This document shows, piece after piece, positions 35,938 through 43,316 of a DNA stretch of 64,000 bases. The notes beneath the pieces were generated by a model, which searched no databases, was not told where the DNA came from, and was given only the letters and a program-made list of their open reading frames with translations. Position numbers and translations under genes: made by a program. Position 1 is the stretch's first letter. Each line of letters begins with the position of its first letter. Source of the stretch: Candidatus Giovannonibacteria bacterium RIFOXYD1_FULL_48_21 (GTDB taxonomy: Bacteria; Patescibacteriota; Minisyncoccia; JACPKW01; UBA11713); the NCBI GenBank assembly GCA_001778985.1, contig MFIU01000004.1, positions 67,067 to 131,066 on the forward strand. Reading direction: 5' to 3'.

Positions 35938-36461
35938 AACTTTTTGCGAAAACTCCGCTTCAGCCCGGCTTTAAGCCGAAACCAAGAAGAGACGAATAAA
36001 TTTCGCAAGAACCAGACCGGAAGAGCGGCAGTTGAAATCCAGCCGTGATTGGACTCAAAACTGCATTTAAACTTTCGGAACTCCGCCTCCGGGCCGATGT
36101 GCTGTTTAAAAATCGGTCTGACCGCCAGGGCGTGAACCGACTCTGTAAACACGAAGAGACTCCGGATGCTGCCAAATCTCGTCTTCAGCTCGCGGGCGAG
36201 GCGCCGCGCTAACTCTTCTTCGTTCTTAAAAAAACCGAGTTCAATCAGTTGGACCGCGCCGCAGTGAGCAATAAGTTCCTTTTTAAGCTCCAGCTCTTCC
36301 TGAAAGTCAGAGTCAAAACTGGCCAAGACCAAATAGATCCGAGGCCTGACGCCGCTGAAAGACTTTTTCCAGAAATTCAGAGCCCGCTCCAGAGCTTTAA
36401 CCGAGGCCGCGGACAGTTTTCCGTTCGCCAAGCCGTACGGAATCGGCAACAGGACATACAT
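35934..36461 (-). CDS. hypothetical protein
   Basis: 175 aa ORF immediately downstream of ftsX on the same strand. Confidence 0.4.
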   Translation of the reverse strand: MYVLLPIPYGLANGKLSAASVKALERALNFWKKSFSGVRPRIYLVLASFDSDFQEELELKKELIAHCGAVQLIELGFFKNEEELARRLARELKTRFGSIRSLFVFTESVHALAVRPIFKQHIGPEAEFRKFKCSFESNHGWISTAALPVWFLRNLFVSSWFRLKAGLKRSFRKKL

Positions 36462-36512
36462 TTTCCACCTCCTTTCCTCCCGAATATTACCAGAGCCAGG
36501 TTTTTATTCCAG

Positions 36513-37424
36513 CTATTTGTTCAAATACCTCCTCGTGGCAATAAGACTCGAAATGACGCCAAGAACAACGCCGATGAACAAAAGCATCAGAAAAATCCAG
36601 AGAAAGTTTGAAAAATAGTAGTCCAGAAGATTCGGTCCGCCGAAGAAACGCTCGGCTTTTGGTCCCAGCCAGGCCACGAGCGGCCAAAAAATAATCATGG
36701 CGGCGAGGGAGGCCAAAAACCCGTGAAGCACTCCTTCCACTAAAAAGGGTCCGCGGATATAGGAATTGGCCGCGCCCACGAGGCGCATGATTGAAATTTC
36801 GTCCCGCGAGGTGTAGATGGCGAGGCGGACGGTGTTGAAAGCGACCAGAATCGCGATTACCGCCAAGACTATGGTCACGCCGAGCCCCATGGCGCGCGAA
36901 GAATTCAAAATTTGACTTAACCTCTCGATAACAAGCTGGTTTTGGCGGTAATTTATTTTGTCGATTATATTTTCAAAGCTCGCTGATTCAAGAAAGCGCG
37001 AAATCGCTTCATACTGATTGGGATTCTGGGCCCTTATATTCAAAGAGGCGCCCAATGGATTTTCACCAAGCTCTTCCAAAGACTGGGTGATTAACGAGTT
37101 TTCGCGGTGCCGCTCCTCGAACTCCAAAAGCGCTTGTTCCCTCGAAATATATTCCGCCTCGCGCACTTCCGCCAATTTTTCCACTGAAGATTTTAACGCG
37201 AGAATTTCGTCTTCTATGGCTGAAGTTTTGAAATAAACGCTGATGTCCACCTTCTCCTCGAGTTGTTCCAGGGCCGAGGTCAAAAGAACATTTGAAAAAA
37301 AGAGCCCTCCGAAAACGAAAAGCGTCAAAACCATGACCAAAACCGTGGCCAAAGAAACCCAGCCGTTTCGCCAGAAGTTTACAAAGCCTTGCCTGACAGT
37401 TCTTTTTAGCTGAATTATTTCCAT
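36513..37424 (-). CDS. ftsX: cell division ABC transporter permease FtsX
   Basis: 303 aa, four TM segments with a large periplasmic loop, following ftsE. Confidence 0.8.
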   Translation of the reverse strand: MEIIQLKRTVRQGFVNFWRNGWVSLATVLVMVLTLFVFGGLFFSNVLLTSALEQLEEKVDISVYFKTSAIEDEILALKSSVEKLAEVREAEYISREQALLEFEERHRENSLITQSLEELGENPLGASLNIRAQNPNQYEAISRFLESASFENIIDKINYRQNQLVIERLSQILNSSRAMGLGVTIVLAVIAILVAFNTVRLAIYTSRDEISIMRLVGAANSYIRGPFLVEGVLHGFLASLAAMIIFWPLVAWLGPKAERFFGGPNLLDYYFSNFLWIFLMLLFIGVVLGVISSLIATRRYLNK

Positions 37425-37426
37425 GC

Positions 37427-38107
37427 CTAAAGCACGTATCTGCCGCGTTTTTCATCTCGCACCACCCGGCCTTTCTCCAAAGTGACAACGCGGCGCTTCA
37501 AAGAATTAATCACTTCTTTGTCATGGGTCGCCAAAATCACGGTCGTCCCCAGTTCATTTATTTTCTCAAGTAAATTGATGATTTCCCAGGTATTGATGGG
37601 GTCGAGGTTTCCGGTCGGCTCATCCGCGATTACCACATCCGGCCGGTTCACGATGGCCCTCGCGATGGCCACGCGCTGGAGCTCCCCTCCGGAGAGCTCG
37701 GAAGGAAAATGCCAGGCTTTGTCCATCAAGCCCACGAGCTCCAAAACCTGCGGCACGTCCTGCTGGATTTCTTCTTCGGTCTTACCGGCGGCTTCCATGG
37801 CGAAAGCGATGTTCTCATAGGCGGTTTTAGTCGGCAGAAGCTTATAGTCCTGAAAGACTACGCCCATGCGCCGGCGCACCCTGGGAAGCTCCCCATTCGA
37901 AATCTTGTGTACGTCCAAAGATTCAAAAAAAACTTTTCCGGAAGAGGGTTTTTCTTCCGCCAAGAGAAGCTTCAAGAGCGTGGATTTGCCGGCTCCGGAT
38001 TGCCCCACAATCGAAACGAATTCCTGCGGCTCCACCGCGAAAGAAACGTCTTCGAGCGCCGCCGAAGTCGGAGAATACACCTTGGAAACGTGGTCAAAAT
38101 AAATCAT
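37427..38107 (-). CDS. ftsE: cell division ATP-binding protein FtsE
   Basis: ABC ATPase with 'GQSGAGKSTLL', 'LSGGELQRVAIARA' and 'IADEPTGNLD'. Confidence 0.85.
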   Translation of the reverse strand: MIYFDHVSKVYSPTSAALEDVSFAVEPQEFVSIVGQSGAGKSTLLKLLLAEEKPSSGKVFFESLDVHKISNGELPRVRRRMGVVFQDYKLLPTKTAYENIAFAMEAAGKTEEEIQQDVPQVLELVGLMDKAWHFPSELSGGELQRVAIARAIVNRPDVVIADEPTGNLDPINTWEIINLLEKINELGTTVILATHDKEVINSLKRRVVTLEKGRVVRDEKRGRYVL

Positions 38108-38115
38108 ACAATCAT

Positions 38116-39184
38116 CTACAATCCTAACTCGACTTCAATAAACTCATCAAGGGCTCCGTTCAGAACTTTTTGGACGTCAGAAATTTCAAGGCCGGTGCGG
38201 TGGTCTTTTACCAATTGGTAAGGATGCAAAACGTAGGAGCGAATCTGGTGGCCCCATTCAATTTCCCCCGCCTTAGTCTTCTTCAAAGTTTCTTTTTCTT
38301 TTTTCTGGCTCGTGACGCGCAGAGCATAGAGCTTAGAACGAAGCAGTTCTTTGGCTTTCTCGCGGTTTCGTTCCTGGGAGCGCTCTTCGGAAACATGGAC
38401 CTGAAGGCCGGTGGGCTTGTGGGTAAGGCGCACCGCGGTCTCCCGCTTGTTCACGTTCTGCCCGCCCGGGCCGCTGGAGCGGGCAAAACCAAATTCCAAA
38501 TCTTCCTCGCGAAGTTCCACTTCGGAGGGCGGAACAAACTTGGGCATCACTTCCACCAGCGCGAAAGAGGTGTGCCGGCGCTTATTGGCGTCAAACGGAG
38601 AGATGCGGACCAGACGGTGCACTCCGGATTCTTTTTCAAGATAGCCGTAAGCGTATCGGCCGCCAATCTCGGCCGTGGCGTTTTTAACTCCGTTTAGTTC
38701 GTTGAAGTGCCGATGCAGAGTTCTAAAACTCCATTTCTGCCGCGAGGCGTATTTTTCATACATTTCAAGCAAAATCCGCGCCCAGTCCTCGGCGTCGTCT
38801 CCGCCCGCGCCGGCCACGATTGTCAAAACCGCGTCACCTTTGTCGTAGGGGCCGGAGAGAAAAGCCTCGCGCTTTTTATTTTCAAAAACTCTTGAAATTT
38901 CGAGATATTTTTTTTCAAGCTCCCCCGCCTCCGCAATCGCCGCGAGCTCTTTCAAACTTCCAGCCTCCGACCTCAAATTTTCCCAGAATGAAGTAAATTC
39001 CCTTAGTTCAGAAATTTTTTGGGTGAGCTCTGCGGCGCGTTTTGGATTATTCCAGAAATTAGGATGTCGAGTTTCCTCTTCGAGTTTTAAGGCTTCTTCT
39101 TTTTTTCTGCTCAAGTCAAAGCCGGTCCGAAATCTTTCGGACCTCGGCCTCCAAAGTTTCAATTTTTTCTTTCAGAAGTTCCAT
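38116..39184 (-). CDS. prfB: peptide chain release factor 2, with programmed +1 ribosomal frameshift
   Basis: The frame-0 leader '[22 protein letters not shown]' ends at the in-frame TGA within CTT-TGA-C (minus strand, 39115-39121). The +1 frame continues '[12 protein letters not shown]...' through '[23 protein letters not shown]' (GGQ motif). Confidence 0.85.
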
Positions 39185-39217
39185 AAAAATATTTTAGCAT
39201 AAAAATGTCTGATAAAC

Positions 39218-39407
39218 AATGGAGCCGATGGTCGGACTTGAACCGACAACCTATCGCTTATTCAGCCCGTTAGAAATCTACAGAGCCGGAGGCGAGATTC
39301 GAACTCGCGACCTTTGCTTTACGAAAGCACTGCTCTACCAACTGAGCTACTCCGGCATACATTTCTAACGGGCCGGGACGATTGCTCTGCCATTGAGCTA
39401 CATCGGC
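39218..39407 (-). tRNA. split or interrupted tRNA gene (intact D-arm, T-arm and acceptor, CCA encoded) carrying a ~128 nt insertion in the anticodon loop
   Basis: 5' half GCCGATG-TA-GCTC-AATGGCA-GAGC-A-ATCGT and 3' half GCGAT-AGGTT-GTCGG-TTCAAGT-CCGAC-CATCGGC-T-CCA. Between the two anticodon-stem strands lies CCCG-[GCCCGTTAGAAAT...ATTTCTAACGGGC]-TGAATAA, in which the 13 bp inverted repeats enclose a complete tRNA-Thr. Confidence 0.5.
39285..39356 (-). tRNA. tRNA-Thr(CGT), nested inside the interrupted tRNA
   Basis: GCCGGAG-TA-GCTC-AGTTGGTA-GAGC-A-GTGCT-TTCGTAA-AGCAA-AGGTC-GCGAG-TTCGAAT-CTCGC-CTCCGGC. A canonical 72-nt cloverleaf with U33, anticodon CGU and A37. Confidence 0.75.
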
Positions 39408-39413
39408 GATTAT

Positions 39414-39563
39414 TTAAATATAAGTATCTTCGCGCCGACGTTCGATTTTCAAGATAAATAAATTTCTTTTTTGATCACCAGCAGAAAGTTTCTTCAGTAT
39501 AATTTTTACCCTCTCGCGTTCTTTGGAAATCAGCTTCGAAAGCGCCTTTTCAATTCTGTCCAT
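39414..39563 (-). CDS. short ORF (~49 aa) downstream of a Phd/YefM antitoxin gene; candidate truncated toxin
   Basis: 'MDRIEKALSKLISKERERVKIILKKLSAGDQKRNLFILKIERRREDTYI'. Its start lies 6 nt after the antitoxin stop. Confidence 0.25.
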   Translation of the reverse strand: MDRIEKALSKLISKERERVKIILKKLSAGDQKRNLFILKIERRREDTYI

Positions 39564-39569
39564 GAAGCC

Positions 39570-39791
39570 TCAAATTCTAGCAAGGACTTCTCGCAGAGGA
39601 ATGCCTCCTTTTTTGATTTTCGTGAAATCTAACACGGTTTCCCAAAGCTCTGACTCCTCTTCCGGCGAGGAGATTTTAAATACCGGCCTCGAACGCCTTA
39701 CCACAATGAAAGAATCCCCTCTTTTCACGCGCTCAATGTAGCGTTCGGCATTTCCTCGAAGTTCTTTAAGCCCAATGACACTTTTAGCCAT
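39570..39791 (-). CDS. Phd/YefM-family type II antitoxin
   Basis: 'LKELRGNAERYIERVKRGDSFIVVRRSRPVFKI' matches the Phd/YefM fold signature. Confidence 0.65.
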   Translation of the reverse strand: MAKSVIGLKELRGNAERYIERVKRGDSFIVVRRSRPVFKISSPEEESELWETVLDFTKIKKGGIPLREVLARI

Positions 39792-40049
39792 AAAATAAGT
39801 TTATCTCAAGATAAACCTGGAGTCAATATTTAAAGTGGCGGAGGATCAAAAACACCCCGCAAACTTGCGGAGTGTTTTATTAAATACCAATCATCAGGCT
39901 CGGAACCATTTAGGAATAATGCAGACCTAGAAACAGTGCTTAGAGGAGAGAGATTTTTTCTCCATCCGCCATACAGCAATGAAGATATCTCACACTGCCG
40001 CCAGACCTGATCTTAAATGGCTCACGAGCCTGATAACGACTATTCAATT

Positions 40050-40076
40050 TTTTACTTCTAACCTCGTCTCGACCCA
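40050..40076 (+). repeat. repeat B (TTTTNCTTNTAACCTCGTCTCGACCC), copy 1 upstream of hicB; copy 2 at 41172-41199
   Basis: A ~25 nt near-identity. Copy 2 is followed by the complementary GGTCGAGGT and a CGCC-aga-GGCG hairpin. Confidence 0.5.
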
Positions 40077-40112
40077 TTGATTTTACGTCGGCAGCACACT
40101 ATCATAACCTAT

Positions 40113-40367
40113 ATGAACTCTTATACCTACCGAATAATAATAGAGCCGGATGAGAACAACACTTTTCACGCCTATGTTCCGGCGCTTCCTGGTTGCCATA
40201 CTTGGGGAGAAAGTTTTGAGGAAGCGCGTGGGAATATCCGCGATGCCATTGACGTTTACATCAGAAGCCTCACAAAAGACGGCGAGAAAATTCCTATAGA
40301 TCGCGGCGTAGAGATCGTGGAAACTATCTCTGCTTCCCGGCACAGAAAATCTTTTTCCCGTGTCTAA
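40113..40367 (+). CDS. hicB: HicB-family antitoxin
   Basis: 'YRIIIEPDENNTFHAYVPALPGCHTWGESFEEARGNIRDAIDVYI' (UPF0150/HicB RNase-H-like fold). Confidence 0.7.
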   Translation: MNSYTYRIIIEPDENNTFHAYVPALPGCHTWGESFEEARGNIRDAIDVYIRSLTKDGEKIPIDRGVEIVETISASRHRKSFSRV

Positions 40368-40593
40368 ACTTCCCCAGATTAAAGACCGGGAGTTGATCCG
40401 AGCGTTAAAGAAACTCGGATTTTTTGAGCATCCGGAACGCGGCAGTTCTCATTTGGTCTTTGCACATCAAGACGGAAGACGCGCCACCGTGTCTCGCCAT
40501 CCAGGCAAAAACATTCCCAGAGGCACTCTCCGCGCCATCATGCGCGACATCAATATTTCTCCTCAAGAATTCACCAGACTTTTGAAGCAGTAA
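40360..40593 (+). CDS. hicA: HicA-family toxin (mRNA interferase)
   Basis: 'ALKKLGFFEHPERGSSHLVFAHQDGRRATVSRHPGKNIPRGTLRAIMRDI'. Overlaps hicB by 8 nt. Confidence 0.7.
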   Translation: MSKLPQIKDRELIRALKKLGFFEHPERGSSHLVFAHQDGRRATVSRHPGKNIPRGTLRAIMRDINISPQEFTRLLKQ

Positions 40594-40614
40594 TTTTTCT
40601 CAAAGAACTCTCAG
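40592..40614 (+). repeat. repeat A (TAATTTTTCTCAAAGAACTNTC), copy 1, abutting the hicA stop codon; copy 2 at 41116-41138 abuts the DUF2283 stop
   Basis: A 22/23 nt identity between 40592-40614 and 41116-41138, each beginning at or next to a stop codon. Copy 1 is tandemly half-duplicated at 40626-40645. Confidence 0.5.
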
Positions 40615-40886
40615 AGTCCTCGAGATTTCTCAAGAACTCAATCGAGTGGGGGAAGATATTGAGTCCTCCCCCCTCTAAAGTTTGAGATTGATTTCCTTCA
40701 CTACACTGTTATATTATGGGTACAGGCATGGAAAGATTCAGCTCACCCTTTGGAATTATAGAACTGACTTCTGATTTTTTATTCACCTGTCCCGGGCAAG
40801 AAATATCTCGCCATAGTCGTAAAGATAAACCGCCGAAATTTTATCCTAACCGCTTACGTTACCAATAAAATTCAACATCTGCCGCT

Positions 40887-41114
40887 ATGAAACTCCATTA
40901 TTATTACGACCGAGAAGCAGACGTACTCTATTTCTCGCAAGGGAAGCCGTCCCGGAAAGACATCTCTGAAGAAGCGTCTGACGACGTGGTGCTTCGTCTT
41001 GACCCCAGAACCAAAAAGGTAAAAGGATTTACTATCCTCAATTTCGCCAAACGAGGCGCGAAGAAATACGCGCCGCTCTCGTTGCCTATCAAAGCCGAAC
41101 TCTTGCCGGCTTGA
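40887..41114 (+). CDS. DUF2283-family small protein
   Basis: 'YYYDREADVLYFSQGKP...' is the characteristic DUF2283 N-terminus. Confidence 0.5.
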   Translation: MKLHYYYDREADVLYFSQGKPSRKDISEEASDDVVLRLDPRTKKVKGFTILNFAKRGAKKYAPLSLPIKAELLPA

Positions 41115-41390
41115 CTTAATTTTTCTCAAAGAACTTTCGACTCGTTTTTGCGAATCGAGATGAGATTACAAGTTTTTGCTTTTAACCTCGTCTCGACCCG
41201 CCCGCCAGAGGCGGGTAAATAGGTCGAGGTCACTCATATATATTTTAAGATTCGCCTTGGAACTCTCTCCTCTAGAGTTGGAGAGAATTATGGAGATGAG
41301 TTCTTGAGTGAACCTGCGGGCCAATATATATTATTTGATTCCTCATTAAAAAGAAAATTCCGCGCGCGCCCACTTGTTGACTTTTCCTAA

Positions 41391-41464
41391 TGGTGCGGGA
41401 TACGAGAATTGAACTCGTGTCTCTTGCTTGGGAAGCAAGCATATTACCACTATACTAATCCCGC
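41391..41464 (-). tRNA. tRNA-Gly(CCC), CCA encoded
   Basis: Acceptor GCGGGAT/ATCCCGC, anticodon stem CTTGC/GCAAG with loop TTCCCAA, T-arm ACGAG-TTCAATT-CTCGT, discriminator A and CCA. Confidence 0.8.
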
Positions 41465-41518
41465 CTTCGGTCGCCGTAGCGACCTTCGGCGGGCAAGCCC
41501 GCTGGGTCGCGAAGGCGA

Positions 41519-42082
41519 CTAATACCTTCTCTGCACCTCTCCGTCTTCCCATTTCCAGCGGGGAAGGTATATGGAGATTCTAGCTGCGCTCAAAGATTTT
41601 TCAAGCCACTGGTCCGGTTCGATATTTTCTTTCTGAAATTCCTCCATTATCAGAAGGCGGCGGGACTGCGGATAGAGTATAAATTTTTTAAAATCATCCA
41701 GCGACCAGTCGTAAAGCCGGGCTACGGCGTCTTCAAGATTTGATAATTCCTCATCGCTTACCGTGGAGCGAATAAGCTTCTGGACATCTTCCTCTCCTCT
41801 GCCCCTTAATTTGAGCTCTTTTTGAATCAAAGTATTTTCGATAAAGGCCAGAATAACTCCTTTTTCAATATCCAAATCTGAAATATTTTCTTTACTTAAT
41901 TCCCGGAACTGCTTCAACCCGGCCCTATTCTTAGAAAAATCCCTCCAGAAAAGACTCTCCCCCTCAACTCTCACGACCGGCAGAAAGGAACGAGTAAAAA
42001 TAAAAAGGGCTGAAAGTATAATTATAATCAGGAGTAGGACCGAGAGATTCTTCATTGGAAAATATTCTTTATAAACTCCCAC
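41519..42082 (-). CDS. hypothetical membrane-anchored protein
   Basis: 187 aa with an N-terminal TM helix. Overlaps the upstream ftsB-like gene by 31 nt. Confidence 0.4.
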   Translation of the reverse strand: MGVYKEYFPMKNLSVLLLIIIILSALFIFTRSFLPVVRVEGESLFWRDFSKNRAGLKQFRELSKENISDLDIEKGVILAFIENTLIQKELKLRGRGEEDVQKLIRSTVSDEELSNLEDAVARLYDWSLDDFKKFILYPQSRRLLIMEEFQKENIEPDQWLEKSLSAARISIYLPRWKWEDGEVQRRY

Positions 42083-42432
42083 GCACGGCGGTAAGGAGGG
42101 CTCGTTATCGAATCTTTTTCTTCCGTCTTCGGCTCCACAATCACTAAAACTTTTTCATCCGGAGCGGTGATGGTAAAACGTTCTTTGGCTTCTTTTTCTC
42201 TCTCTTCCGGGTTTTCCAAAGTTTTAATCTTCCCCTCGAGCCTTTCTTTCTGGGCCAGAAGCTCCTGATATTCTTTCTCCAGTTCCAGGCGCGCCTGATA
42301 AGCCTGCCAGGCGCGAAGGGTCATCCGGAAAGAAGCGACCAGCAAAAAAAGGACCAAAACCATCAGAAAAAAAAGAATCGGCCGAGAGCTTAAAAAACGC
42401 TGAATTTTTTTTCGTTCTTGATAAACCCGCAT
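42052..42432 (-). CDS. septum formation initiator (FtsB/DivIC-like)
   Basis: A single TM helix followed by a coiled coil 'RLELEKEYQELLAQKERLEGKIKTLENPEE'. Confidence 0.5.
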   Translation of the reverse strand: MRVYQERKKIQRFLSSRPILFFLMVLVLFLLVASFRMTLRAWQAYQARLELEKEYQELLAQKERLEGKIKTLENPEEREKEAKERFTITAPDEKVLVIVEPKTEEKDSITSPPYRRAWEFIKNIFQ

Positions 42433-42654
42433 AATTCGGTTAAAATTTTTTAATGGCGACTCAACGTCAGAAACGCCGCAACCAATTCATCTGGACCGCC
42501 ATCACCATTGTAGCGGTTTTGAGTATGATTGTTTATCTTCTGATTCCGCTGATTTAAATTCGCTCGCACTTGAATTAGGTAAAGAAAAAGCCGCGTTGGT
42601 TACCCAAGGGCTTTTCCTTTCGCCAGATATGGAAGCGACGTGAGGTTCTCTGGC

Positions 42655-43131
42655 TTAACCCCACGGTTTGAGGTCGGTGTACTGCATGGCCTTAATCCAA
42701 TCATCCGCTTCGGGAAAGTCAGGAATATTCATGAGGGGTCCCTTTGCGACTGGAGAGGTCATGAGTGCCCACCGTTTCTGGAGCAGACGACGTAGAAAGG
42801 TATTGAAGATATTCTTCTTCGGATTCGGCTTCCCATAATGGGATACCGTCTCGTGGAAGAAACGCTTCACGATTTCCGCCATCTGGGGAATTGTCAGGCC
42901 GAGTTGAAGCCTGACCTTCTCGCCGATCGTCATACTATCAGCCCTTGTGGCTGGTGTTATGACGACTTCCAGATTCAGATAGTAAAGAGTCTTCGGCGTT
43001 TCCCAACCAGGCCCACCGCCTCCACCTCCGAACGTAATATGGGACTCCGGAAGTGAGTCATAGCAGTGGTCCGGCACGGCCATGAATTCCTCAAACCCGA
43101 TCTCCTTGCCAGCATTAGTATTAGCCTCCAT
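42655..43131 (-). CDS. hypothetical protein
   Basis: 158 aa ORF with a Gly-rich loop 'FGGGGGGPGWE'. Confidence 0.4.
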   Translation of the reverse strand: MEANTNAGKEIGFEEFMAVPDHCYDSLPESHITFGGGGGGPGWETPKTLYYLNLEVVITPATRADSMTIGEKVRLQLGLTIPQMAEIVKRFFHETVSHYGKPNPKKNIFNTFLRRLLQKRWALMTSPVAKGPLMNIPDFPEADDWIKAMQYTDLKPWG

Positions 43132-43284
43132 GACATCCTCCTTTCTTGTCTCGAGCCTGCCTTTCGGTCAGGATAGTGGCCAAGCCACTGCTTGTGAGAC
43201 TGAGGCGAAACAGTGAAGGTACTAATATCCATACAAAATAGCATAAATAAACAAATATGTCAATACTTTAGAAGAAATCAAAAA

Positions 43285-43303
43285 ACCCTTACGTTACAAG
43301 GAT
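43285..43303. terminator. small hairpin (CCTT-acgttac-AAGG) flanked by A/T runs, downstream of lepA
   Basis: aaaaaCCCTTacgttacAAGGattttta. The stem is weak but the flanks are symmetric. Confidence 0.3.
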
Positions 43304-43316
43304 TTTTATACAAAAA

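Noticed and set aside
39218-39407. Archaeal bulge-helix-bulge intron interpretation of the split tRNA.
   Set aside because: All other markers in the window are bacterial (RF2 frameshift, type-A RNase P RNA, FtsA). No 3-nt bulge / 4-bp helix / 3-nt bulge geometry is evident at the junctions.
41465-41518. Small hairpins (GTCGC-cgta-GCGAC; GCGGGC-aa-GCCCGC) between tRNA-Gly and the upstream gene.
   Set aside because: The stems are short, the loops too small and there is no T-run, so there is not enough support for a terminator call.
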